This document shows, piece by piece, positions 38,324-46,961 of a stretch of 64,000 nucleotides of DNA. A program made the position numbers and the translations under genes. Within the stretch, counting starts at the first letter, position 1, and the number at the start of each line of letters is the position of its first letter. Location: positions 40,593-104,592 of the forward strand of contig CAYQAW010000001.1 of NCBI GenBank assembly GCA_964415615.1. Direction: 5' to 3'. This DNA comes from an uncultured Gammaproteobacteria bacterium (GTDB lineage Bacteria; Patescibacteriota; Microgenomatia; Daviesbacterales; UBA10151). A model generated the notes under the pieces. That model saw only the letters and a program-made list of their open reading frames with translations, did no database searches and was not told the origin of the DNA.

Positions 38324-38994
38324 TTCAACCTTTCTACTGCTTCTTTGGTAACAAAAAGTAATTCATGTTTTACAATCTCATAGGCATTAATGAGGCTGAC
38401 CGGCAAAATATCTGCTTCCGGGATATTTCTGATAGCCCTGACTACATTATCCTGCTTTTCTCCAGTCACAATCAGTAAACTTTTAGCTTTTAGCTTTTTA
38501 AAAAGCTTTACCATTTCTTTGGTTTTACCTGAAGATTTTTCCAACCCTGATAATCCTATTATTTTCTTGTCAGCTGCTTTTTCAGAAAGAGCTGAAAGTA
38601 GGGCTGCTTTTTTCATCTTTCTTGGTAAATCTAATCTAATTTTGCGGGGTTTAGGACCAAAGGTTATTCCCCCACCCACAAAAATAGGTGCCCTTACTGC
38701 GCCATGCCTGGCTCTACCTGTTCCTTTTTGTCTATAAATTTTAGCAGTTGACCCTTCAACTTCTCCTCTGGTTTTAGTCGAACCTGGCAAATTCTTTTGA
38801 TTAGTAGTATAAACTTTGACTGCTTGTGCCAAAAGGCTTTTGCTTACTTTTTGACCAAAGATTTCCTTTGGCAAAGCTAAAGTTCCATCCTCTTTACCTG
38901 CTAAAGAATAAACAGGAATAGAAAGACTAGATCCTTCGACTCGCTTTGCTCGCTCAGGATGACTCGCTTTGCTCGTCACTTTCTTAACTGGCAT
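38320..38994 (-). CDS. rplD: 50S ribosomal protein L4
   Basis: 224 aa. ...IYRQKGTGRARHGAVRAPIFVGGG... Confidence 0.92.
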   Translation of the reverse strand: MPVKKVTSKASHPERAKRVEGSSLSIPVYSLAGKEDGTLALPKEIFGQKVSKSLLAQAVKVYTTNQKNLPGSTKTRGEVEGSTAKIYRQKGTGRARHGAVRAPIFVGGGITFGPKPRKIRLDLPRKMKKAALLSALSEKAADKKIIGLSGLEKSSGKTKEMVKLFKKLKAKSLLIVTGEKQDNVVRAIRNIPEADILPVSLINAYEIVKHELLFVTKEAVERLK

Positions 38995-39748
38995 TTTCTG
39001 TTCCTTCTTTTAGTGCTTCTTCAGTTGGCTGTTGGACCACTGTTTCTTGTTGATTTTCTGTCTTCTCTTCACCCTTTACGCTTTCCCCTTCGCCCTCTTC
39101 TTCTAGTTTTTCCTCTGGTGGAGGGGTGTAACCTTTAACCCTACCTAGCTTTGTCACAGTTATTAGTCCGCCGATAGGTCCTGGCACTGCACCTTTTATT
39201 ACAAGTAAATTGTTTATTTTATCAATTCCTACTACCTCTAAGTTCTTCACGCTAACTTGAACATATCCCATATGCCCTGCCATTCTTTTACCTTTATATA
39301 CTCTGCCTGGAGTTGTACCTGAACCAATTGCACCTGGTGCACGCAGTCTATCAGACTGACCGTGAGTCTTGGGACCACCATGAAAGCCATGGCGCCTTAC
39401 TCCGCCTTGGAATCCTTTACCTTTAGAAACTCCACTTACCTTTACTGCATCTCCCCTTGAAAAAACCTGGTCCAGTTTAATCTCTGTTCCAGGCTTTAAA
39501 TCTTGTTGCTCTGTTGTTTTAACCTCCCTAAACCATTTAATCTTTTGGTCAAGACCAGCTTTTTTGGCGTGTCCAATTTGGGGTTTTTTAACAGACTTTT
39601 TGGTACCAAACCCAAGTTGGACAGAAGCTGAATTAAGTTGGGTCACAAAATTAGGGGAAATTTCCACTACAGTTACCCCCACCCTTCTACCGCGGGAGTC
39701 ATATGTTGCTGTCATTTCTTTTTTAATACCCAGTAAACTGTTTATCAT
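38984..39748 (-). CDS. rplC: 50S ribosomal protein L3
   Basis: MINSLLGIKKEMTATYDSRGRRVGVTVVE. The start is taken at the ATG. The ORF track extends to a GTG at 39778. Confidence 0.88.
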   Translation of the reverse strand: MINSLLGIKKEMTATYDSRGRRVGVTVVEISPNFVTQLNSASVQLGFGTKKSVKKPQIGHAKKAGLDQKIKWFREVKTTEQQDLKPGTEIKLDQVFSRGDAVKVSGVSKGKGFQGGVRRHGFHGGPKTHGQSDRLRAPGAIGSGTTPGRVYKGKRMAGHMGYVQVSVKNLEVVGIDKINNLLVIKGAVPGPIGGLITVTKLGRVKGYTPPPEEKLEEEGEGESVKGEEKTENQQETVVQQPTEEALKEGTENAS

Positions 39749-39945
39749 ATTTAACCCAATAAAAAGAGTGACCTCCACCTTTGGCGGATGGTCACTCAGT
39801 ATCTCGCCTAGACTCGCCGTATCGACAACCGACGCACGATCTACTGAAAATTTAACAATTTAAATTTAACCTGACAGTAATGTCATGCTCTCAAGAGATT
39901 CTAACACGAACTCATGCCTAAATGCAAGCTAGCTTAAATAAGGGC

Positions 39946-39974
39946 TTGACATTCGGCTTTTATTGGGGTATAAA
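39946..39974 (+). promoter_or_regulatory. near-consensus sigma-70 promoter (TTGACA-17-TATAAA) for the PUR-alpha-like gene
   Basis: The -35 box TTGACA is at 39946-39951, followed by a 17-nt spacer and the -10 box TATAAA at 39969-39974. The RBS GGGAAGGGGGTGAG is at 39996-40009 and the ATG at 40019. Confidence 0.55.
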
Positions 39975-40018
39975 TATTTTAGGTACGAGTAATTTGGGAA
40001 GGGGGTGAGAATTAAGAG

Positions 40019-40252
40019 ATGGAAAAGAGTATTAAACAAACTGTTAAATCCTCAATGCTTAGGGCTGGCAAAAGAACATTTTTCTTTGATGTCAAAGTAG
40101 CTTCTAATAACAAGAAGTATCTAAAAATTACTGAGTCAGCTTTTGAGGGAGAAGGTAAGGAAAGAAGATATAATTCTTTTTTGCTTTGGCCTGAAAATTT
40201 AACTGATTTTCAACAAAGATTAACAGAAATCAATAATTTCCTAGCACAGTAA
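40019..40252 (+). CDS. PUR-alpha-like (DUF3276) small nucleic-acid-binding protein
   Basis: 77 aa. GKRTFFFDVKVASNNKKYLKITES...FLLWPENLTDFQQRL matches the bacterial PurA-like repeat (GKRTYFFDVK / YLKITES). Confidence 0.6.
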   Translation: MEKSIKQTVKSSMLRAGKRTFFFDVKVASNNKKYLKITESAFEGEGKERRYNSFLLWPENLTDFQQRLTEINNFLAQ

Positions 40253-40391
40253 ATAAAAGGTCTCTGACTACACTCAGGATAAACATGCCAGCTAAATTTA
40301 ATCTCCACAAAACAATCATATCATGGACAAAAATTTCTCGATCGGAAACAAATTGCCACAATATAACCTATTAAAACAAAAGGATAAATGA

Positions 40392-40703
40392 TTATTTAGA
40401 AGAAGGATCAGGCATAAAAGGATGTCGAAGGTTGTATAAAGCCCTAGCTTCAGTTTGTCTCATCCATCCAATTGAGTAAGGTCTCCCTCTTAATTCCATT
40501 CCTACTATTTCTCCAACTTCAGCAAATGACTTAGATCTACCATCATCTAAACCAAATCTTAATTGAAGCACTCTTCTTTCCCTATGAGTAAGCCCATTTA
40601 AAACTTCCTCTACTTCTCGCATTGACTCTTCTATGCTTTTTATAGTAAGGCTCGAAAACGATGCTGCTAATTCTGATTCATTTATATTTGGATTTTCTAC
40701 CAT
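40392..40703 (-). CDS. stand-alone sigma-70 region-4 (sigma 4.1/4.2 HTH) domain protein
   Basis: 103 aa. LNGLTHRERRVLQLRFGLDDGRSKSFAEVGEIVGMELRGRPYSIGWMRQTEARALYNLRHP aligns with RpoD region 4 (LTxRExxVLxxRFGLxDG...EVG...RQIEAKALRKLRHP). It carries a 7-aa insertion in the recognition helix. The gene starts 17 nt downstream of the rpsJ stop. Confidence 0.6.
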   Translation of the reverse strand: MVENPNINESELAASFSSLTIKSIEESMREVEEVLNGLTHRERRVLQLRFGLDDGRSKSFAEVGEIVGMELRGRPYSIGWMRQTEARALYNLRHPFMPDPSSK

Positions 40704-40720
40704 ATGAGTTTTGATTTATT

Positions 40721-41029
40721 CTACATTTTCACCTCAATGTCAACTCCAGCTGGAATTTCAAGATGCATTAGGGAATCTATAGTTTTAGGGGTAGGTTCTA
40801 TAATATCAATCATTCTTTTGTGGGTTTTTATTTCAAAAGCTTCTCTGGAATCTTTATCTGTATGGGGTGAGGCTAATACTGTAATTCTTTCAGTTTTTGT
40901 AGGAAGGGGTATTGGACCAACTATTTTTGCTCCAGTGCGAAGGGCTGTATCCAAAAGGGATTCACAGGTATTATCCAGTACCCTGTGATCATAACTTTTC
41001 AATTTGACACGAATACGTCCCCTCGGCAT
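40721..41029 (-). CDS. rpsJ: 30S ribosomal protein S10
   Basis: [40 protein letters not shown]. Confidence 0.93.
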   Translation of the reverse strand: MPRGRIRVKLKSYDHRVLDNTCESLLDTALRTGAKIVGPIPLPTKTERITVLASPHTDKDSREAFEIKTHKRMIDIIEPTPKTIDSLMHLEIPAGVDIEVKM

Positions 41030-41062
41030 AGTTTTTATTCCCCTTTAAAAGTGCATAATAGC

Positions 41063-42247
41063 TTAAGCTATTATCTTAGTAATAACTCCAGCACCAACTG
41101 TTTTTCCACCTTCTCTGATAGCAAAGCGGAGACCATCTTCCATAGCAACCGGTGTAATAAGCTTGCCTGTTACTTTAACTGTATCTCCAGGCATAGCCAT
41201 TTCCACACCTTCTGGAAGAGTGACTTCACCAGTCACGTCAGTAGTTCTGATATAAAATTGTGGTCTGTAACCTTTGAAAAATGGGGTGTGTCTTCCGCCT
41301 TCTTCTTTAGAAAGAATATAAACCTCAGCTTCAAATTCAGAATGTGGGGTAATGGATCCTGGTTTTGCCAATACTTGCCCTCTTTCTACATCATCTTTTT
41401 CAACACCTCTAAGGAGTATTCCAGCGTTGTCTCCAGCCTGACCTTCATCTAGCATCTTATGGAACATCTCAATACCTGTTACAACACTCTTTTTTGTAGG
41501 TCTAATACCGACAATTTCTATTTCCTCATTAACTTTAACCTTACCTCTTTCAATTCTTCCAGTAACAACTGTTCCTCTACCTTTAATAGAGAAAACATCT
41601 TCAACTGCCATTAAAAATGGTTTATCAGTATCTCTGACTGGAGTTGGAATCCATTCATCAACTTTATTCATCAATTCTTCTACTGCCTTTATGCTTTCTG
41701 GATCACCTTCTAAAGCTTTTTTAGCAGAACCTCGGATTATTGGAGACTGAGGGTCATATTCATATTTTTTAAGCAGATCTCTTACTTCTTCTTCAACTAA
41801 ATCCAAAAGCTCCGGGTCATCTACCATATCTACTTTATTTAGAAATACTACAATTGCTGGAACTCCTACCTGACGAGCCAAAAGCAAATGCTCTCTGGTT
41901 TGAGGCATTGGACCATCTGGAGCAGAAACAACTAGAATTGCTCCATCAGTTTGAGCAGCACCAGTGATCATGTTTTTGATGTAATCTGCATGGCCTGGCA
42001 TATCAATATGGGCGTAGTGTCTTTTTTCAGTTTCGTATTCTTGGTGGGAAATATTAATAGTAATACCGCGGGCTTTTTCCTCAGGAGCGTTGTCAATCTG
42101 ATCTACCGACCTTTTTTCTGCAAAACCTTTAGCAGCCAGTACATTGGTAATTGCTGCAGTTAAGGTGGTCTTACCATGGTCAACATGACCCATGGTTCCA
42201 ACATTAACGTGTGGTTTACTTCTATCAAATTTTTTTACGTCTGCCAT
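41063..42247 (-). CDS. tuf: elongation factor Tu
   Basis: [15 protein letters not shown]...DMPGHADY...NKVDMVDD. Confidence 0.97.
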   Translation of the reverse strand: MADVKKFDRSKPHVNVGTMGHVDHGKTTLTAAITNVLAAKGFAEKRSVDQIDNAPEEKARGITINISHQEYETEKRHYAHIDMPGHADYIKNMITGAAQTDGAILVVSAPDGPMPQTREHLLLARQVGVPAIVVFLNKVDMVDDPELLDLVEEEVRDLLKKYEYDPQSPIIRGSAKKALEGDPESIKAVEELMNKVDEWIPTPVRDTDKPFLMAVEDVFSIKGRGTVVTGRIERGKVKVNEEIEIVGIRPTKKSVVTGIEMFHKMLDEGQAGDNAGILLRGVEKDDVERGQVLAKPGSITPHSEFEAEVYILSKEEGGRHTPFFKGYRPQFYIRTTDVTGEVTLPEGVEMAMPGDTVKVTGKLITPVAMEDGLRFAIREGGKTVGAGVITKIIA

Positions 42248-42292
42248 AATTTTACCTTTAAAATCCAGCTCTCTTTAGCTGGAACATTTATA

Positions 42293-42321
42293 AATATAAC
42301 GTATTTGCAAAATAAATGCAA
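42293..42321 (-). promoter_or_regulatory. candidate sigma-70 promoter (TTGCAT-17-TATATT) upstream of tuf, preceded by a short hairpin
   Basis: The minus strand reads TTGCAT-ttattttgcaaatacgt-TATATT. The hairpin CCAGCTaaagagAGCTGG lies at 42265-42282. Confidence 0.3.
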
Positions 42322-42337
42322 TAGTTAAATTTGAAAG

Positions 42338-42685
42338 CTACTTTGTACACCCATCTGGATAATTTCCTTCAAAACCAGGTCTACACAAAGAAGAACCTCC
42401 ATGGTAATTAGAGCAAAAGTTATTACCTGCATTACCTTCAAAACCTGTTGTACAACTTACATCCTGAGGAAATTGAGTACTAGAAACAGATGATTTAAAA
42501 ATTTTATCTTTAAAAATAAAAACTGCTACCCCTATAATTAAAAATATAACTATTATAACCACTGGTAGCAAAAAATTCTTTTTAGCTCCAGGTACATTTG
42601 GAACTATTTTAGGGTCAGCTATAATTACCTGAGGCTGCGGAGCAATTGGTGATTGAGTAGGTGCTTGAGATTGTGTCGGCTCCAT
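42338..42685 (-). CDS. small membrane protein with a Cys-rich extracytoplasmic tail (hypothetical)
   Basis: 115 aa. Pro/Gln-rich N-terminus, one TM (LLPVVIIVIFLIIGVAVFIF), then CTTGFEGNAGNNFCSNYHGGSSLCRPGFEGNYPDGC with a GFEGN repeat. Confidence 0.45.
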   Translation of the reverse strand: MEPTQSQAPTQSPIAPQPQVIIADPKIVPNVPGAKKNFLLPVVIIVIFLIIGVAVFIFKDKIFKSSVSSTQFPQDVSCTTGFEGNAGNNFCSNYHGGSSLCRPGFEGNYPDGCTK

Positions 42686-42740
42686 ATCATATTTTGCTCA
42701 TGAATTATCTTTTCTGTCAAATTTTAGATTTAAACCAGTG

Positions 42741-42774
42741 ACAAAATACCCTACGGCCGTATGCAAAATTGTCA
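42741..42774. repeat. direct repeat copy 1 (34 nt) containing the palindrome TACGGCCGTA, flanking the PIN/HTH cassette
   Basis: ACAAAATACCCTACGGCCGTATGCAAAATTGTCA. The second copy at 43514-43547 differs at 4 positions. Confidence 0.7.
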
Positions 42775-42788
42775 AAACTTTTTGGTAA

Positions 42789-43205
42789 TTATTGCAAGCT
42801 TCTTAAATACTGTAAAAATCTTGCCGGAGTTGTTACTACGATCTTCAATTCTTGGATAATTTTATCAATCTTAAAATCCTTTGTATTATACGAAAGAAGG
42901 TATTTTGCCTTTGCTTTCTTCACACCAGCAATTATGTGAACATCGTCTAAATCCAAAGTATAATTTTTGAAGCTTTTTTTTACTTCTTTTAATTGAACAA
43001 CATTTAATTTTTCTTTGACTACTTCTGCTAATTTATCTTTATTAAGCCCTAACCGGTCGCATACCTGCTCTAATTCTTCTATGGATTTATTTGAAACAAA
43101 AGATTGTAGATCAGTTTCATGGATAATGAAATATGCTGCACCTTTATCAGATATCAACGAAGAGATGATCACATCGGAGTCTAGAAAAACTTTTTTTCTT
43201 TTCAC
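42789..43205 (-). CDS. PIN-domain toxin (VapC-like)
   Basis: 138 aa. N-terminus KVFLDSDVIISSL and C-terminus DLDDVHIIAGVKKAKAKYLLSYNTKDF are present. The acidic-residue layout fits a PIN fold. Confidence 0.6.
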   Translation of the reverse strand: MKRKKVFLDSDVIISSLISDKGAAYFIIHETDLQSFVSNKSIEELEQVCDRLGLNKDKLAEVVKEKLNVVQLKEVKKSFKNYTLDLDDVHIIAGVKKAKAKYLLSYNTKDFKIDKIIQELKIVVTTPARFLQYLRSLQ

Positions 43206-43468
43206 AGCTTTGATCTTACTCGGGAGAGTTCTCTGTGTATTTTAGGAATTTTTTTTAAATCTTCTTTCTCTGCTTTTTGCAAATCTTCATCCAGTCCACT
43301 AAAAATAAAGGATATCGAGCTTTGGGGAATACGGTAAACTTTACCGATTTTTTTAGCCACGATTTCACCACGGCTGATCAAATCATAAACCGTATTTTTA
43401 CTAAGCTGCAACATTTCAGCCACTTGCTCAGGAGTATATACTCTAGGCAAATTTTGATTACTAAACAT
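43202..43468 (-). CDS. helix-turn-helix (excisionase/MerR-like) antitoxin partner of the PIN toxin
   Basis: 88 aa. YTPEQVAEMLQLSKNTVYDLISRGEIVAKKIGKVYRI is an excisionase-type HTH. Its last codons overlap the toxin gene by 4 nt. Confidence 0.55.
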   Translation of the reverse strand: MFSNQNLPRVYTPEQVAEMLQLSKNTVYDLISRGEIVAKKIGKVYRIPQSSISFIFSGLDEDLQKAEKEDLKKIPKIHRELSRVRSKL

Positions 43469-43474
43469 GTCTAA

Positions 43475-43503
43475 ATTGTACTAAACACTATAAAACATGT
43501 CAA
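43475..43503 (-). promoter_or_regulatory. sigma-70 promoter (TTGACA-17-TACAAT) for the antitoxin-toxin operon, apparently leaderless
   Basis: The minus strand reads TTGACA-tgttttatagtgtttag-TACAAT-ttagac-ATG. The imperfect palindrome TTTGCATACGGCCGTAGCAAA (candidate operator) lies about 20 nt upstream of the -35 box. Confidence 0.5.
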
Positions 43504-43513
43504 TAGACCAATT

Positions 43514-43547
43514 ACAAAATTTGCTACGGCCGTATGCAAAACTGTCA
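43514..43547. repeat. direct repeat copy 2 (34 nt) containing TACGGCCGTA
   Basis: ACAAAATTTGCTACGGCCGTATGCAAAACTGTCA. Confidence 0.7.
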
Positions 43548-43598
43548 CAGGTTGCTCTCCTCACAGCAAAAAGATAGAATAAGCATGAGACTTACTAA

Positions 43599-43913
43599 AT
43601 GAAAAAAGTTATACTGGTTATTTTCATTATTTTACTAGTTGGATACCTCTGCACTCAAAAAGAGGATATACAATCTTTGTGTAATTTACCTTACCATACC
43701 ACCGTAGAACAATGTTCAAATGGTGATATAATTATTGATCGTGGAGCTATTAATTATGATGGCACTGAAACTTATTTAGATAAAAATGGATTTTTTCTTT
43801 ACTCACGAGGTGGCTGGGGAGCATACCGGGAAAGTATATTATATAAGCTTAGAAAATCATTTAATAATCCGATCGGATGCGATACTAAAGAATTAACAAA
43901 TAAATGTAGTTAA
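43599..43913 (+). CDS. small exported Cys-containing protein (hypothetical)
   Basis: 104 aa with an N-terminal signal/TM ([15 protein letters not shown]) and 5 further Cys. Its 3' end overlaps the fusA stop by 4 nt on the opposite strand. Confidence 0.45.
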   Translation: MKKVILVIFIILLVGYLCTQKEDIQSLCNLPYHTTVEQCSNGDIIIDRGAINYDGTETYLDKNGFFLYSRGGWGAYRESILYKLRKSFNNPIGCDTKELTNKCS

Positions 43914-46048
43914 TGTTCTACTCTACCAGTAAAGCCTGAGGTTTCTATAATCTTTTGAGTAATATTACTTGGAACTGGTTCATAATGATCTGCTTCCATA
44001 TAATAAGTGGCTCTACCCTGAGACATACTTCTTATAGCTGTTGCATATCCATGCATTTCTGCTAGTGGCACTAAAGCCAAAACCACTCTGGCATTTCCAC
44101 TGGTTTCGGAAGAAAGGATTTGAGCTCTTTTTGAAGACAAATCACCAATAATCTCTCCTAAAAATTCCTCAGGGGTGGTAACCTCCACCTTCATTATTGG
44201 CTCAAGCAAAATCATATCTGCTTTTTTGGCTGCCTCAGACAAGCCTAAAGAAGCTGCAATTTTAAATGCTATCTCAGATGAATCAACATCATGGAATGAT
44301 CCATCATAAACTGTAACTTTAATATCTGTCACAGGGAATCCAGCCAAAATTCCAGTATCTTCTTTTTCAATAACTCCTTTTTCAATGGGAGGAATAAATT
44401 CTCTAGGAATTGCTCCACCCACAATTGCTGAGACAAATTCCCTACCCTGTCCGCGGGGCAAAGGTTCAATCTTGAGCAAACAATGGCCATATTGACCACG
44501 TCCACCTGTTTGTCTAATGTATTTACCCTCACCCTCTGCATATTTGGTAATAGTTTCTTTATAGGCAACTTGTGGTTGACCAACATTTGCCTCCAACTTA
44601 AACTCTCTTTTCATCCTATCTACCAGGATTTCAAGCTGCAGCTCACCCATACCGGCAATAATAGTTTGTCCTGTATCAGCGTCAGATCTAACTCTAAAAG
44701 TTGGATCTTCCTCAGCTAGTCTTTGCAGGGCAAACCCCAATTTTTCCTGATCAGATTTTGTTTTTGGCTCAATTGCCAAAGAAATAACTGGATCAGGAAA
44801 AGAGATAGATTCTAAAATAACAGGAGCAGTTCCATCACATAAGGTATTCCCAGTTATAGTATCTTTAAGTCCTACTGCAGCCACAATTTCCCCAGCCAAA
44901 GCCTGATCAATCTCTTCCCTGTCATTGGCATGCATCAAAAGAAGCCTCCCTACTCTTTCATTTAATTGCTTGGTGGAATTATAAACATAAGAACCACTCT
45001 TTAAAGTTCCTGAATAAACCCTAATGTAAGTTAATTTTCCAACATGAGGATCAACTTGAATTTTAAATGCTAAAGCAGCTAAAGGCGCAGCAGGATCACC
45101 CTTTCTTTCTTCAGCTTCCCCTGTTTGCGGATTTATTCCACTTGTAACATACACATCCTGAGGTGAAGGAAGATATTCAACAACAGCATCAAGCATTGGT
45201 TGAACACCTTTGTTTCTAAGAGAAGATCCAGCAAAAACTGGCACAATTTTACTCCCAATCACAGCCTTTCTTAAAGCTTTTTTGAGTTCTGTGACTGTAA
45301 TTTCAGTTCCGTTGAGATACTTTTCCATCAACACATCATCAGAACCTGCAATTTCCTCTACCAGTTTTTCCCTGGCAACTTTAACCTCATCTGCCATATC
45401 AGCAGGAACTTCTGTCTCACTGAATTTAGCGCCTGTTTGATCGCCTTCCCAAATTAGAGCCTTTTGAGTTAGTAAATCTACTACTCCTTTAAAATCATTT
45501 TCTTTGCCAATAGGTAAGTTATAAGCTATAGCATTAGCGCCTAGCCTGTCTCGAGCAGACTGAATAGTAGTGGCAAAATCTGCTCCCACCACATCCATTT
45601 TGTTGGAAAAAGCGATTAAAGGAACGCTATATTTATTGGCTTGTCTCCACACTGTTTCTGTTTGAGATTGTACCCCAGAGGAGGAATCTAAAACAATTAC
45701 TGCTCCATCCAAAACCCGCAGGGATCTTTCTACTTCTGCAGTAAAATCAACATGCCCTGGGGTATCAATTAAATTAATTCTTATTTCATTTCCTTCAAAA
45801 AGTCCTTTTTTAACTGTCCAAAAAGCAGTAATGGCTGCAGAAACAATGGTAATCCCACGTTCGCGCTCCTGCTCCATCCAGTCAGTAACAGTAGTTCCCT
45901 CATCAATATTTCCAATTTTATAAGTTCTACCTGTATAAAACAGGATTCTTTCTGTAGTAGTTGTTTTACCAGCATCAATATGGGCTATTATGCCTATATT
46001 ACGGATTCTATCAAGTGGGAAGTCCCTTTTAGTCTTTTGTATTGCCAT
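43910..46048 (-). CDS. fusA: elongation factor G
   Basis: 712 aa. [26 protein letters not shown]... Confidence 0.97.
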   Translation of the reverse strand: MAIQKTKRDFPLDRIRNIGIIAHIDAGKTTTTERILFYTGRTYKIGNIDEGTTVTDWMEQERERGITIVSAAITAFWTVKKGLFEGNEIRINLIDTPGHVDFTAEVERSLRVLDGAVIVLDSSSGVQSQTETVWRQANKYSVPLIAFSNKMDVVGADFATTIQSARDRLGANAIAYNLPIGKENDFKGVVDLLTQKALIWEGDQTGAKFSETEVPADMADEVKVAREKLVEEIAGSDDVLMEKYLNGTEITVTELKKALRKAVIGSKIVPVFAGSSLRNKGVQPMLDAVVEYLPSPQDVYVTSGINPQTGEAEERKGDPAAPLAALAFKIQVDPHVGKLTYIRVYSGTLKSGSYVYNSTKQLNERVGRLLLMHANDREEIDQALAGEIVAAVGLKDTITGNTLCDGTAPVILESISFPDPVISLAIEPKTKSDQEKLGFALQRLAEEDPTFRVRSDADTGQTIIAGMGELQLEILVDRMKREFKLEANVGQPQVAYKETITKYAEGEGKYIRQTGGRGQYGHCLLKIEPLPRGQGREFVSAIVGGAIPREFIPPIEKGVIEKEDTGILAGFPVTDIKVTVYDGSFHDVDSSEIAFKIAASLGLSEAAKKADMILLEPIMKVEVTTPEEFLGEIIGDLSSKRAQILSSETSGNARVVLALVPLAEMHGYATAIRSMSQGRATYYMEADHYEPVPSNITQKIIETSGFTGRVEH

Positions 46049-46049
46049 T

Positions 46050-46271
46050 TTATCTTTTTTCTAAATCTCTTATTATCTTTTTTACCTCTTCAATTCTAAC
46101 TCTGGTTGTATCTGCATCTTCTATAGCCATAGTATAAGCTGCATTCTCGGATAAATCACCTTCAGCAGCAGCAGCGCCCTTTTTCGCCAAAATAATCTTC
46201 AGATCTTCTTCAAGCTGCGCTAGATTATCTTTCCACATCTTCAATTTTTCTTCTCTTAATTTATTATTCAT
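46050..46271 (-). CDS. GreA/GreB N-terminal coiled-coil domain-only protein (73 aa)
   Basis: [73 protein letters not shown] aligns with the GreA N-terminal domain, including the tip motif GDLSENAAY (GreA GDLKENAEY). The FKBP-like C-terminal domain is not encoded. The GGGGAGGGG Shine-Dalgarno sits 4 nt upstream of the ATG. The ORF track extends 26 codons further upstream into hairpin sequence. Confidence 0.55.
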   Translation of the reverse strand: MNNKLREEKLKMWKDNLAQLEEDLKIILAKKGAAAAEGDLSENAAYTMAIEDADTTRVRIEEVKKIIRDLEKR

Positions 46272-46313
46272 AATGAACCCCTCCCCGCAGCAAGCTGACG
46301 GGGTATTCTGGTT

Positions 46314-46346
46314 CAAAAATAAAAAACCTCCCTCAAGCTGGGAGGC
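46314..46346 (-). terminator. rho-independent terminator upstream of the GreA-N gene
   Basis: The minus strand reads CCUCCC-AGCUUGA-GGGAGG followed by UUUUUUAUUUUU. Confidence 0.55.
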
Positions 46347-46370
46347 CACAAGCAGATATTATACAATGAA

Positions 46371-46574
46371 TCAGTCTACATTTCCAGCAGCAATAGCAAT
46401 ACGGTCAGCTCTGATTATATTTACAGGATCTATTGCTCTAGATAAAATTGCCGCTGAAATAGGATCCATGCGATTAAAAGCATCAAGTCTATCTCCAACA
46501 TCAGGTCCGCTCAGTTTTCCCACTACTTTTACTAGATCTATTACTGGTCTGAAAACAAGATTTTCTACTGTCAT
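46371..46574 (-). CDS. small hypothetical protein (67 aa)
   Basis: The ORF has non-repetitive composition and is followed by the terminator at 46314-46346. There is no clear RBS and I recognise no family. Confidence 0.3.
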   Translation of the reverse strand: MTVENLVFRPVIDLVKVVGKLSGPDVGDRLDAFNRMDPISAAILSRAIDPVNIIRADRIAIAAGNVD

Positions 46575-46667
46575 ATATTAATATTACCACTTCTGTTCTA
46601 CTGGATTACCGCTATCTACATATTCCATACTATATATTATATACTATTAGGCCTATTCTTAAACTAA

Positions 46668-46961
46668 TTATCTTGGGGTAAAATGGAGCTCGACTTTTAG
46701 ATCTAATGCGTCTGCCAGTCTTTTGATAAGTGATAAAGAAGGTCTGGCATTAGCATTTTCTAACCTGGAAATAACTGCTTGGCCAGTACCCATTCTTTTG
46801 GCCAACTCTTCCTGAGAAATTTTCTTCTTAACCCTGGCATCAATTATGGCTTGTATAATAGCAAATTCAGGCTGTAAATCCTCATAAGCTTTTTTCACCT
46901 TTGGATTTTGAAAGAGTTCTCGTTTCAATTCTTCAGTTGTATAATACCTTGGTTTGTTCAT
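46668..46961 (-). CDS. XRE-family HTH antitoxin (HigA-like)
   Basis: 97 aa. ISQEELAKRMGTGQAVISRLENANARPSLSLIKRLADALDLKVELHF is a Cro/C1-type HTH. It overlaps the upstream toxin-like ORF by 4 nt. Confidence 0.65.
   Translation of the reverse strand: MNKPRYYTTEELKRELFQNPKVKKAYEDLQPEFAIIQAIIDARVKKKISQEELAKRMGTGQAVISRLENANARPSLSLIKRLADALDLKVELHFTPR

Noticed and set aside
39564-39863. 99-aa plus-strand ORF
   Set aside because: It is antisense to the rplC N-terminus and its GC-rich leader, with no RBS.
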